Below are positions 18,693-29,030 of a stretch of DNA of 64,000 nt, one piece after another. A program made the translations under genes and the position numbers. Under the pieces are notes generated by a model. The model searched no databases, was not told where the DNA came from, and saw only the letters and a list, made by a program, of their open reading frames with translations. The DNA is taken from NCBI GenBank assembly GCA_965198235.1, contig OZ240248.1, positions 896,001 to 960,000 of the forward strand, in the 5' to 3' direction. Each line of letters starts with the position of its first letter. Within the stretch, counting starts at the first letter, position 1. The DNA is from Candidatus Poribacteria bacterium (GTDB lineage Bacteria; Poribacteria; WGA-4E; WGA-3G).

Positions 18693-21600
18693 TTGATGGT
18701 AGTCAAACTCTCCAAAAATTTTTCGGCAAAATCTGGAAGTCGAAATGTGCTCCTAAAAAGCTTAATCGGCGTGATCGGGCTGATGTCCTTACTCCTTGGT
18801 GCCTGTATCCTCTACATCGTACAGAGCGACGTGCGTGCCCGGACACGATACAGTGTCAAGACCTTCACTCCACAAGGAGAGGTGCCACAATGGGTCGACT
18901 TTTCGATTACGTTCTCGGAGGCAATTATTGATAAGTCGCGTGTCGGGACCGAAGTTCCAGCAGAAGCACTTCGGTTTACGCCAGCGGTCCAAGGCACTGC
19001 CCGTTGGATCGCGCGCGATAGAGTCGGTTTCTTTTTAGACGCACCTTTAGCACCCTCCGCACAATATATTGTTCAACTCACACCAGAACTCAACCCATCT
19101 GAGACATTCCTACTAACCGGACAAAAAGAGTTTAAATTTGCTACCGATCCTTTCGCAGTTCAGCAAGCACGCATGGAATTTACCTCTGATGATGCCCGTG
19201 AAGACGCAACAGGTTTCGGCACGATAGCATTCAATTATCCTGTAACCATTGTCGATTTAAAGGCACACCTCTCTATTGAACTGGATGACGAAACAGAAAT
19301 CCCATATCAGATTGAAACCAACACAGCAACAGCGCGGACGGTCCGATTCGAGACAAAACGCATAAAACGCGGCAACGCAGATCAAGAGATAAAGATCAAG
19401 ATTGAAAAAGGGTTCAAATGTACAGGTGGGAAAATTGGTTTAGAAAAAGCAAGTGTTACACCGGTAATACTCCGAGGGAGAGGAACACTTGGTGTAACAT
19501 ACTCTGACGTTTGGGAAAGTGATGGAACTCCCTATATTTCGGTGAGTTTCAGTGCACCGGTACTCAGTGATGTTATTGAACCATACATAGAACTTACACC
19601 AGCAGTAGCATATCAGGTGACATCCGACTATCGAAACGTGCAGATTCACGGCAACTTCAAACGGCGCACTACTTACACACTAAAGATTCGGCGCGGTCTA
19701 ACAGCCCGAAACGATGCCGTCTTAAAACAAGATTACATGACGCGCCTCAAAATTCCGGATATCCGACCCCAACTTCGGTTTCTCGGCGACGGTTTCTTCC
19801 TCGCGAGAAAGGGCCAACTGAACTTAGGTCTCGCAACAATTAACGTGAAACGCGTGAAACTTAATATCGAAAAAGTTTTTGCGAACAATCTTATCTATGT
19901 ATCGAAATTAGAACGATGGAGTCGCCGGAGCAGAAACTTAGGCAAACCTATTCATACAGAAGAACTTGATATCCCGTCCCAATTGAACGAAGAGGTAACA
20001 ACACCTATCTCCTTGGAAGAATATCTCTCAGACGAACATGTCGGTATCTTCAAGGTTGTGGCACGAAACGCACAGAGAGAGTGGGATAGCGCGCATCAAT
20101 GGGTGCTCGTCACAGATTTGGGTATCAGTGCCAAACGCGCAGGAGATAGATTATACGTTTGGGTGAAATCACTCGCTACTGGCTCGCCAGTACCAACAGC
20201 GCGCGTCAAACTTATCAGTGATAATAACCAGACGCTACTCGAAGGGAGAACTAACTGGGCAGGATATGTTGAGTTCACAGATGTTGCGGAGAAGACAGAA
20301 GACTTCACACCGTTTATGATTACCGTCGCGAAACGGGACGATCTCGCTTTCATTCAACTCAACCGGCACGAAATCGCAACAGCAGACTTCAACATCGCTG
20401 GCTCTGCCTACTTGCAAAAAGGTTATGAAGCGTTCCTCTACACAAGCAGAGGTGTCTATCGACCCGGTGAAACTGTCCAACTTGCTGGAATTGTTCGAGG
20501 ACCAAAGCAGGTAACACCACAACCGCTTCCCACGCGGATTGAAGTGCTCTCCCCAAATGGCAGAATCATGCGAGAGTTAAGACTGCAAACAAACAAAAGC
20601 GGTGCCTGCGATGTGCAAATTCCCATTCCTGACTACGCCCTGACTGGTAATTATATTGCTAAGATGCGGATTGCTGACCGGGTCGTTGGAAGAGTCCAAT
20701 TTCAGGTTGAAGAATTTATGCCCGATCGGATAAAAGTCGCTGTAACAGCGGATAAATCCACCTACAAACTTGGAGAGGAACTTGACATTGAAGTGTCCGC
20801 TATTAATCTATTCGGTCCTCCAGCAGTGGGACGCAAGGTGGAAGCTTCCTGCGAATTGGAAGCACTTCCGTTTGTAAAAAAGGACACAGCACCCAGCGCA
20901 AGTGCAACACAATGGGACTCGTTTGTCTTTGGGAATACCCGCTCCAATTTTGAAAAACAAAGAATTGGATTGGGAGAAGCCAAAACTGATGCAGCCGGCA
21001 AAGCTCACTATCAATTCACGATTCCTGAAACCCTGAAAGCACCTTCTCTGCTAAACGGTACTCTGACAGCGACTGTCAGCGAAGCCGGTGGCAGATCCGT
21101 CACCGCTTCTCACCGAATTGTGATCCATCCGTACTCGCATTATGTTGGACTCCGACGAACAACGACAGGGGACGTAAAAATTAATCAACCCCTCCGATTC
21201 GACTATATTGCTGTTAACAATGCAATGGCAGTTGCATCGGGAAGAGACCTAAAACTAAGCCTCCACAAAGTCCACTGGAACACGATACTTCGTCAGAACA
21301 ATGCGGGGCGTTACGAGTACGTCTCCGAACCTCAGACAACGGAAGTGGAAACGGTCACATTAACTTCGGCAGAAATAGCGCAGACGGTGACCTTAACTCC
21401 CTCAGACTATGGTGAATACCGCGTCCGTCTTGAGGACATCGCCTCAACGGCGACTGCAGAACTTGGATTTTATGTCAGCGGATGGGGAAATATCCCAGTT
21501 TCTATGGAACATCCCACTCGACTGGAACTGACGCTTAATAAGCCTGCTTACCGTCCGGGGCAAACAGCAAAACTATATATTAAGGCACCGTTTCCGGGTA

Positions 21601-24353
21601 CACTTCTGCTGACTGTCGAACGGGAAAAGGTGTTGAGTTACCGGACAATGGTGATGAAAAATAATACCACAACTTTATCAATCCCAGTCCGGTACGCCTA
21701 TAGACCGAATGTGTATCTCTCTGCGACGCTGATTCGCGCCATCCCGATGGAAGGAACTGTGACTGATAAGAAGTCGCCTCTCCCTGCGCGCGCGTTTGGG
21801 GTAATTCCATTAAAGATAGATGAAACACGGAGGCGGCTTTCGATAGAAATGTCGCTCAATCAGACAAATGATACCGGGGATATGCAGAAGATTCCACTCG
21901 CCAGTCCCGAAGATAGCGAAGTGACTGTACTACCGAATAGCGAAGTGACTATAGCGTTCCAAGTTCACGGTAGACGTTCTTGGCAAAAATATGATGTCTG
22001 TATCGCAGCTGTTGATGAAGGGATCCTCGCGTTAACCGACTTCAAAACACCCAAGCCACACAACTACTTCTATCGACAGCGCGGGCTTAAGACGCGCTCC
22101 TTTGACCTGTATAGTGGGATCCTACCTGAAATCGCAAATGTCACCGACAATTCAAGTACAGGCGGAGATATGGCCACGACACGGCAGCCGGAACTGCGGA
22201 AGCGATTGAGTACAAGCAGCATCCGGCGAGTAAAGCCGATTTCACTCTGGTCCGGATTCGTGAAAACTGATGGAAACGGTCGCGGCAGTGTTCAATTCAA
22301 GATTCCACAGTTCAACGGGACATTGAGATTGATGGCAGTCGCATTCGCCGGTGGAGACTACGGGGGCACGGAAGCGTATCTGACTGTCCGCGCACCCATT
22401 GTTTTAACGCCGACATTTCCACGATTCCTTGCAGGTGGTGATAAGGTTCGTGTACCGGTCACCCTCTTTAACGACACAGGCACAGAAGGGGAATTTACGG
22501 TCGAATTGCAAGCATCAGGCGACGTGCGACTCCTTTCAGCAAGTGATGTCAATCCGCCCCAAACCTCACCTCAGGAGGATTCGGAGAAACCTTTACAAAC
22601 TTCAGAAACTGAGAACATAGTAGACAAACTCAGTATAGACCAGAGGGTTGACGCAGGTGCAGAAACACAAGTTTTTTTCGATATTCTCGTTCAGGATGCA
22701 ATAGGGGAAGCCAACTTCAATCTTTCTGCGCACGGTAATACACAAACAACACAACTGGAGACAAAAATCCCCCTGCGTTCCGTCGCTCCACCTGTCACGA
22801 AAACAGGACAGGGAGTGGTGCGCATAGGTGAATCTGTTGATTTCATTTTTCCGTCGAATTTAATACCCGATTCGTCAGAGTTTAGTCTCACGTTATCGCC
22901 ATTCCCAAATATCAGGTTTGCGGACAGTCTCCGCTACCTTATACGTTATCCACACGGCTGTCTGGAACAAACAACGAGCAGGGTTTTTCCACTGCTTTAC
23001 TTCAGCGACTTGGCACGAAGCGTCGAACCGATGCTGGCAGCAGAAGATTCAGTGGACTATTACATCACATCGGGCATCACGAAAATCGAAAGTATGTTGA
23101 AGTCAGATGATCGTTTTGCTTATTGGCCCGGCGGCACTTACGTGAACCCATGGAGCAGTATCTATGCGTCTCATTTCCTCGTCGAGGCACGGAAGGCAGG
23201 CTATGAAGTAGCAGACCGGGTTTACGACGCAATGCTGAAAGGTTTAAAAACACAGGCGAAATTCTCACCAAATACGGAAGACGGAAATGAAGCACAAGAG
23301 ATAAGAAAAAAGATTTCATTAGCAACCTATGCCGTCTACGTCTTAGCTGCTGCGGGACACCCCGACCGAGGCACGATGCACTATCTGAAAAACAGAGGCT
23401 TGAGCGGACTCAGCGATTATAGCCATTTTCAACTCGCAGGAGCGTTCGCCCTCAGCGGCGAACTGGAAACTGCTCTATCAATGCTACCGGTATCAGTATC
23501 GCCCAATTTTAATAAGAGTACTGCGCAACGCGAGACAGGTGGAACACTCGATTCCCCTATTCGAGCCCAAGCCATCATGTTAGACGTTCTTGCCGAAGTT
23601 AACGAAAACCATCCGTCAATCCCGATGCTCGTCCAAAATCTAAGTGAGGCAGCGTCTGAGGGGAACCGATGGACAACAACACAAGAAAACGCCTTTGCGT
23701 TTCTGGCACTCGGCAAGATCCTGAAGAAACAGATGGATAGAAACTACACCGGTACCCTGACGCTCAACGATGAACATTTCGCCGACTTCGACGCGACGGA
23801 CACTCGTTACACCGATGAAGCATGGGATGGGACGCGTGTCCAACTCTCTGTCAAAGGTGAAGGAAGTTGCTACTACTATTGGAGCGCGTTTGGCATTCAA
23901 CGCGACTCCTTCATCGAAGAATATGAACGCGAACTACAGGTGCGCAGACGCTATTTTAACAAAGACGGCGAAGAACGTACGGGCAGCTTCGCACACGGGG
24001 AGTTGATTATCGCTGAGGTAACCCTCAAAGCCCTCACCGCCAATCTCGAAAACGTTGTTGTCGTCGATATGTTGCCTACAGGATTCGAGATCGAGAATCC
24101 TAGGTTAGAATCCCGAGCAGGTATTCCATGGTTGAAAGCACAGGATTTCAAACCGGATTATATTGATATTCGCGATGACAGGCTCATCTTCTTCGGCACG
24201 TTCCCACGCCAACGCGAACGTAAATTCTATTACGCGCTACGTGCCGTCACACAGGGTGAATTTACCTTACCTCCTATTGTCGCCGAGGCGATGTACGATA
24301 CAACAAAATCTGCTGTAACGGGTAGCATGCGCATCGCAGTGGTTGCAGAATGA
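18693..24353 (+). CDS. bacterial alpha-2-macroglobulin (YfhM-like)
   Basis: RGVYRPGETV, FQVEEFMP, AAVDEGIL, thioester motif YPHGCLEQ, DMLPTGFEIEN, AEAMY; SD AGGAGG. Confidence 0.95.
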   Translation: MMVVKLSKNFSAKSGSRNVLLKSLIGVIGLMSLLLGACILYIVQSDVRARTRYSVKTFTPQGEVPQWVDFSITFSEAIIDKSRVGTEVPAEALRFTPAVQGTARWIARDRVGFFLDAPLAPSAQYIVQLTPELNPSETFLLTGQKEFKFATDPFAVQQARMEFTSDDAREDATGFGTIAFNYPVTIVDLKAHLSIELDDETEIPYQIETNTATARTVRFETKRIKRGNADQEIKIKIEKGFKCTGGKIGLEKASVTPVILRGRGTLGVTYSDVWESDGTPYISVSFSAPVLSDVIEPYIELTPAVAYQVTSDYRNVQIHGNFKRRTTYTLKIRRGLTARNDAVLKQDYMTRLKIPDIRPQLRFLGDGFFLARKGQLNLGLATINVKRVKLNIEKVFANNLIYVSKLERWSRRSRNLGKPIHTEELDIPSQLNEEVTTPISLEEYLSDEHVGIFKVVARNAQREWDSAHQWVLVTDLGISAKRAGDRLYVWVKSLATGSPVPTARVKLISDNNQTLLEGRTNWAGYVEFTDVAEKTEDFTPFMITVAKRDDLAFIQLNRHEIATADFNIAGSAYLQKGYEAFLYTSRGVYRPGETVQLAGIVRGPKQVTPQPLPTRIEVLSPNGRIMRELRLQTNKSGACDVQIPIPDYALTGNYIAKMRIADRVVGRVQFQVEEFMPDRIKVAVTADKSTYKLGEELDIEVSAINLFGPPAVGRKVEASCELEALPFVKKDTAPSASATQWDSFVFGNTRSNFEKQRIGLGEAKTDAAGKAHYQFTIPETLKAPSLLNGTLTATVSEAGGRSVTASHRIVIHPYSHYVGLRRTTTGDVKINQPLRFDYIAVNNAMAVASGRDLKLSLHKVHWNTILRQNNAGRYEYVSEPQTTEVETVTLTSAEIAQTVTLTPSDYGEYRVRLEDIASTATAELGFYVSGWGNIPVSMEHPTRLELTLNKPAYRPGQTAKLYIKAPFPGTLLLTVEREKVLSYRTMVMKNNTTTLSIPVRYAYRPNVYLSATLIRAIPMEGTVTDKKSPLPARAFGVIPLKIDETRRRLSIEMSLNQTNDTGDMQKIPLASPEDSEVTVLPNSEVTIAFQVHGRRSWQKYDVCIAAVDEGILALTDFKTPKPHNYFYRQRGLKTRSFDLYSGILPEIANVTDNSSTGGDMATTRQPELRKRLSTSSIRRVKPISLWSGFVKTDGNGRGSVQFKIPQFNGTLRLMAVAFAGGDYGGTEAYLTVRAPIVLTPTFPRFLAGGDKVRVPVTLFNDTGTEGEFTVELQASGDVRLLSASDVNPPQTSPQEDSEKPLQTSETENIVDKLSIDQRVDAGAETQVFFDILVQDAIGEANFNLSAHGNTQTTQLETKIPLRSVAPPVTKTGQGVVRIGESVDFIFPSNLIPDSSEFSLTLSPFPNIRFADSLRYLIRYPHGCLEQTTSRVFPLLYFSDLARSVEPMLAAEDSVDYYITSGITKIESMLKSDDRFAYWPGGTYVNPWSSIYASHFLVEARKAGYEVADRVYDAMLKGLKTQAKFSPNTEDGNEAQEIRKKISLATYAVYVLAAAGHPDRGTMHYLKNRGLSGLSDYSHFQLAGAFALSGELETALSMLPVSVSPNFNKSTAQRETGGTLDSPIRAQAIMLDVLAEVNENHPSIPMLVQNLSEAASEGNRWTTTQENAFAFLALGKILKKQMDRNYTGTLTLNDEHFADFDATDTRYTDEAWDGTRVQLSVKGEGSCYYYWSAFGIQRDSFIEEYERELQVRRRYFNKDGEERTGSFAHGELIIAEVTLKALTANLENVVVVDMLPTGFEIENPRLESRAGIPWLKAQDFKPDYIDIRDDRLIFFGTFPRQRERKFYYALRAVTQGEFTLPPIVAEAMYDTTKSAVTGSMRIAVVAE

Positions 24354-27169
24354 TAAAAAAATCAGCAAAATGGCTATCAGCAATCAGTAGGCGTTGTCGA
24401 CGTATAAACGCCTCGCGAGGACACACAGCGTCGTCGATGGAAACTGACTGCCGACTGCTGACCGCCGATTGGTATAAAAAAAAGATATTTTGGCTGCTAC
24501 CTCCCTTGTTGATTGCCACTCTCTTTATGCTCGCAAATTGGTGTTTCCCGCTACCCAAAGCACGTCTCCACCCACCTGTATCTCAGATTGTATTGGACAG
24601 AAACGGCGAGTGGCTTCGAGCATTTTTAGCCGACGATGGCATGTGGCGAATAGCAGTCAGCCATTGGAGAAACGCCCAAGCAAAAATACCATCAGCAGTC
24701 AGTAAAATAGCCGACAACCGAACAATTCTCACTGCGAAGCAAGCCGACAGCTATTCCCCCTTACTACACCAAGCGATACTAACATCAGAAGATAGGTGGT
24801 TTTACTATCACTATGGTATCAACCCTGCGTCGATTGCAACAGCCATCTATGACAATTTGAAAGCGGGTGAAGTTGTGCGCGGTGGTTCAACCATCACCAT
24901 GCAACTCGCTCGACTGATGAAACCCAAAGCACGTAACATTCCGAACAAACTCATCGAGATGTTCCGCGCACTTCAACTTGAACATGCTTATTCCAAATCA
25001 GAGATTTTAACGTTTTATTTCAACATGCTCCCGTATGGCGGGAATATAGTCGGGACAGCAGCAGCCTCACGATTCTACTTCAACAAACCCCAGCATGCGC
25101 TTAGTCTTGGTGAAGCCGCACTTCTCGCTGCCATTCCGAACGCCCCAGAACGTTTGCGACCTGACAGGTTCCCAGAAAACGCGCGAAAGGCACGCGAAAA
25201 AGTCCTGAATCGTCTCCTTGCACGTCGACAAATTTCCGAACAGCAGTGGCAGGAGGCAGTCCAAGAACCGATCCCCCACACACGCTACCCACTTCCATTC
25301 AAAGCACCACATCTCTCACGCATGTTGGTTAAAGAAAACCGATGGCGTGCGAAACAAGACGGCAGGATATACACGACAATAGACGCGAAGGTTCAGGAAA
25401 CTGCAGTACGCATCCTTAACGAATATTTGGTGGAGGCAGAGCGCAAACCAAGCTTGCGCGGGTCTCACAGCACCAGCACAGGTGCAATCATCGTCATGGA
25501 TACCCAAAACCGCCACGTTTTAGCAATGGTAGGTTCTCACAATTTTTTTGACCGGGAGGCATTAGGACAGGTAAATGGGACGCTCGCGCCGCGTTCTCCG
25601 GGTTCTGCCCTCAAATCTTTCGTCTATGCACTGGCGATGGAAGAGGGCTTGACTACACCAGAAACATTGTTATTCGATGTTCCTGTTACCCATGCTGGAT
25701 ATGAGCCGGTGAACTATGATGGGAAATATAACGGTTACGTCACCGCTCGTCAAGCCCTCGCACGTTCTCTTAATGTCCCCGCCGTTAATCTTAACGCGCG
25801 CCTGAAAAACGTCACACTACATGCTTTCCTCAAACAGGCTGGCATCTCTACACTCGCGCCTGCCCAAAAGTACGGACTTTCTATGGTTCTCGGTGGATGT
25901 GAAGTGAATCTGCTTGAATTGACTACACTTTACGCCGGGTTGGCAAATATGGGAGAATTTGGACCTTATCAACTGACGCTCCCAAGAAATAGCCATCAGC
26001 AGTCAGCCATCAGCACAGACTCGCCCACGCCTACTGATACAAAGCTTTTCAAGCGCGTGGGAGAGTCTGAGCAAGAGGGTGTAACTTTACCAGAAAACCG
26101 ATTCGCTGAAGATTTCCGAGAACCGAGAGCCGAGAGCCATTTTTCGCAACGTTTACTCCGAAAAGAGACAAGCTTCATCATAACCGAGATGTTAACAAAC
26201 TCACAACTACCTACCAACACCGTTAAAAATCCAGAAGCCTTTGAAAGAACAATGAACCTACCGAAAATTGCATGGAAGACCGGTACTTCTTATGGGCACC
26301 GGGATGCGTGGTGCATCGGATACTCGCCGACACTAACAATTGGTGTATGGCTCGGCAATTTCGATGGAAAGGGGGCTCCGATGCTGAGCGGTGCAGATGC
26401 AGCATCTCCTATTCTTTTCGCGCTCTTTACTGCCCTGATTGGACAAGACACACATCGCTGGTTTACCAAGCCGGAACAATTGAAAACACGACAAGTATGT
26501 GCCCTTAGTGGCGCACCAGTTTCATCACACTGTCCCGCCCATAAGGACGATGTGTATATCCCGGGTATCTCGTCTGTAGCGGTCTGCACAATTCATAAAC
26601 GCCTCTATGTTGACGAAGCGACAGGGCACAGTCTCTGCTCCCATTGCCGGATTTCTAACTATGGGAATCTGGTCCCTATAGACATTGCACCCCGCTGGGG
26701 TGCTCAAAAGGAATTCCCTCTTGAACCCCGTAGGGGTGATATGTCTGTAGAGGAACAACGACCCAATTCAATAATTAAAAAAGCACAAGTACAAATATTT
26801 GAAGAATGGCCCGCCGATGCGGCGACTTGGTTGGCAGAGAATGGATTTGCCGTGCCGGTACTGCCAGAGCATAATCCTTTGTGCACCGGAACAATTGCGG
26901 GGAACGCTCCGGTTATTTTATCTCCAGCAGAGGACACTATCTATTACATTCGGGAAGGCGTGCCGTTGGAAAACCAAAAGATTCGATTGATCGCCTCGGC
27001 TTCCAGCCGGACACAGGATTTGTTCTGGTTTTTGGATGGTGAGTTAATTTTTCAAGGAAACGCAGGGGAGCAATACTGGCTTACACCCACCAAAGGGAAA
27101 CACGTGTTAACTTGTGTGGATGCGGAGGGCCGCTCAGCAACCCGTCCGCTCTATATTTTAAACTATTAA
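24350..27169 (+). CDS. pbpC: penicillin-binding protein 1C with several in-frame inserts
   Basis: EDRWFYYH, GGSTITMQLAR, SPGSALK (SxxK), SLN, KTGTS, C-terminal WFLDG...GKHVLTCVD; ATGA overlap with the A2M stop. Confidence 0.92.
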   Translation: MIKKSAKWLSAISRRCRRINASRGHTASSMETDCRLLTADWYKKKIFWLLPPLLIATLFMLANWCFPLPKARLHPPVSQIVLDRNGEWLRAFLADDGMWRIAVSHWRNAQAKIPSAVSKIADNRTILTAKQADSYSPLLHQAILTSEDRWFYYHYGINPASIATAIYDNLKAGEVVRGGSTITMQLARLMKPKARNIPNKLIEMFRALQLEHAYSKSEILTFYFNMLPYGGNIVGTAAASRFYFNKPQHALSLGEAALLAAIPNAPERLRPDRFPENARKAREKVLNRLLARRQISEQQWQEAVQEPIPHTRYPLPFKAPHLSRMLVKENRWRAKQDGRIYTTIDAKVQETAVRILNEYLVEAERKPSLRGSHSTSTGAIIVMDTQNRHVLAMVGSHNFFDREALGQVNGTLAPRSPGSALKSFVYALAMEEGLTTPETLLFDVPVTHAGYEPVNYDGKYNGYVTARQALARSLNVPAVNLNARLKNVTLHAFLKQAGISTLAPAQKYGLSMVLGGCEVNLLELTTLYAGLANMGEFGPYQLTLPRNSHQQSAISTDSPTPTDTKLFKRVGESEQEGVTLPENRFAEDFREPRAESHFSQRLLRKETSFIITEMLTNSQLPTNTVKNPEAFERTMNLPKIAWKTGTSYGHRDAWCIGYSPTLTIGVWLGNFDGKGAPMLSGADAASPILFALFTALIGQDTHRWFTKPEQLKTRQVCALSGAPVSSHCPAHKDDVYIPGISSVAVCTIHKRLYVDEATGHSLCSHCRISNYGNLVPIDIAPRWGAQKEFPLEPRRGDMSVEEQRPNSIIKKAQVQIFEEWPADAATWLAENGFAVPVLPEHNPLCTGTIAGNAPVILSPAEDTIYYIREGVPLENQKIRLIASASSRTQDLFWFLDGELIFQGNAGEQYWLTPTKGKHVLTCVDAEGRSATRPLYILNY

Positions 27170-27186
27170 ATCTGGGCACCAATCAT

Positions 27187-27948
27187 TTAAAAACGAGAAT
27201 TGGACTTAAGTTTACCCCACGTCGTTGTCAACTTATCTTCCGCTTGCACTGCGAGGGTTTTTTCCATACTGGCTTTGACATCCTCAGCAGTGAAAGCGAC
27301 ACTCCACATCTTAAATTCGTCAATCATACCGTTGAAGAAGTTGGCGTTGCCCTGACTCGCTGCGATGCACATACCTTGGGTGCCGAAATCCATGCGTGCA
27401 TCCCCACCGGATTCCGTTTCGTTATCAAGCTCCCCGTTAATATACATCCACCCAGTCTTTTTGCTCTGCGTCCCGACGAAGTAATACCACTCCGATTCAA
27501 ATGCCTCATAATTTGTGTGTACCGGTAATTCCACACCTTGCGTCGCAAAGTAGTACCCGAATAACACGCCGCCACGGTTGAATGTAACATGAGGCCGCCC
27601 GCCACCATTTAAACGATAAAGCAGATCAATCCGGGCACCACTATCAATTTTATCGTCCGGTTTGAACCAGAATTCGATCGTCATCTCCTTGGGTTGATCA
27701 ATTTTGAGTGGATCGAAGTTAACACTTCCACCCTTGAAATGGAGTGCTTGACCTGCGACACCCTCTACCCATTTTGCGTTCTTTATATCACCCACAAATC
27801 CATTCGGCGAAACATCTTCCGCCTTGTTACCTTGACCTTTATCAAAAGGTAGATAAATAAGTAAATCTTTTTTTGGATCGACTGCATGAGCGAGTACACA
27901 ACTCATCAAGAACGCTACAACCGCCAAAAGATATGCTAATTTTTTCAT
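27187..27948 (-). CDS. secreted LamG-like protein with KLTTTWGKLK tail
   Basis: Signal peptide MKKLAYLL..AHA; YLPFD, TIEFW, MYING, FNGMIDEFKMW. Confidence 0.85.
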   Translation of the reverse strand: MKKLAYLLAVVAFLMSCVLAHAVDPKKDLLIYLPFDKGQGNKAEDVSPNGFVGDIKNAKWVEGVAGQALHFKGGSVNFDPLKIDQPKEMTIEFWFKPDDKIDSGARIDLLYRLNGGGRPHVTFNRGGVLFGYYFATQGVELPVHTNYEAFESEWYYFVGTQSKKTGWMYINGELDNETESGGDARMDFGTQGMCIAASQGNANFFNGMIDEFKMWSVAFTAEDVKASMEKTLAVQAEDKLTTTWGKLKSNSRF

Positions 27949-28118
27949 CTTTATTTCGTGTGAAAGCACTACATGGATATGCTCATCCGTAGCGACCCCT
28001 TCACGCTTTCCTCCAATTTTTTAATGGTTAACAGTCCTTAGTTAACGGTTTCCAGTTACAAGAGGTTATTGGTTTATCAAACCAACTCTTTAACTGACAA
28101 TCCTGAAAACTATTTAAT

Positions 28119-28967
28119 TTAATATGGGGCTTTCAGTTTTCCCCAAGTCGTTGCTAATTTACCGGCAGATTCAACCGATAAAACTTCTGGCACATAATAG
28201 TTAACGATGAATTCACCCATAATATCGCTCCACGAAACACCTGGATGCGGCACATCACCCACATAGACCTGAACGAAAATGCCGAGTCGACCACCAGTCT
28301 CCTCGTTAAATATCACAGCCGGCTCAACCCGTAAATCGTCATCCTTATTTTCAGCCAGCGCGATCTCTACCTCCCACGGCGATTTCTCATAATCTTCCAC
28401 GTGGAACGGATAAGAGGTGTTATATTTTTTCAGACTCGGTATGAGGTCTTTGCCCTCCTGTGTCGGGGTCATTTCAACTGGATTGGCTTGCCAAGCCCCC
28501 GGACCTCTTCCCTGCCACACGAAAGCTCCTGGAACGTCGATGATATTGGGTAATCCTTCTTGTTTATTCGTTTCCGCGGGTCCTTCCGAGGTATAAAAGG
28601 TGTATTCACCCGTATTGAAAACTGTATTGCCGGCATCAAGAAACTCTTCGAGAATCGAACCATCGGGTTTTGCGTTACCAATCGGATAAATTGTTGAAGG
28701 GGTGATCCCTGTTATAATCAGGGTATTGCCACCACCTTCCGTATGCGCTTTAACCCAATCCGCTAACCCTTTAATGTCTTTCGGTTCAAAAACCTCCAGG
28801 TTTACTCCGCCAAGAATTTTAATTAAGTTATCAATTTCCTGTTGCGCGCCTTTTGGGTCTTCACGCCCCCACGGGTGCGAGTCCGTGTGAAGCGCAAAAT
28901 TGAAATTGGCTTCAACCTGAGTAGCGATTAAAACCGTGAGAAAAAGGATACTCAATATTTTCAACAT
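28119..28967 (-). CDS. secreted hypothetical protein with KLATTWGKLK tail
   Basis: Signal peptide, SD AGGAGGAG, C-terminus LSVESAGKLATTWGKLKAPY. Confidence 0.8.
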   Translation of the reverse strand: MLKILSILFLTVLIATQVEANFNFALHTDSHPWGREDPKGAQQEIDNLIKILGGVNLEVFEPKDIKGLADWVKAHTEGGGNTLIITGITPSTIYPIGNAKPDGSILEEFLDAGNTVFNTGEYTFYTSEGPAETNKQEGLPNIIDVPGAFVWQGRGPGAWQANPVEMTPTQEGKDLIPSLKKYNTSYPFHVEDYEKSPWEVEIALAENKDDDLRVEPAVIFNEETGGRLGIFVQVYVGDVPHPGVSWSDIMGEFIVNYYVPEVLSVESAGKLATTWGKLKAPY

Positions 28968-29030
28968 CTTCTCCTCCTATATGTCGCATTAGAGTGCGAA
29001 AATAGGCGAGCACAGAAACCCGCCTGATGT

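Noticed and set aside
21912-21949. ATAGCGAAGTGACT direct repeat in the A2M gene
   Set aside because: A simple 24-nt-period in-frame duplication, not related to the dispersed repeat families.
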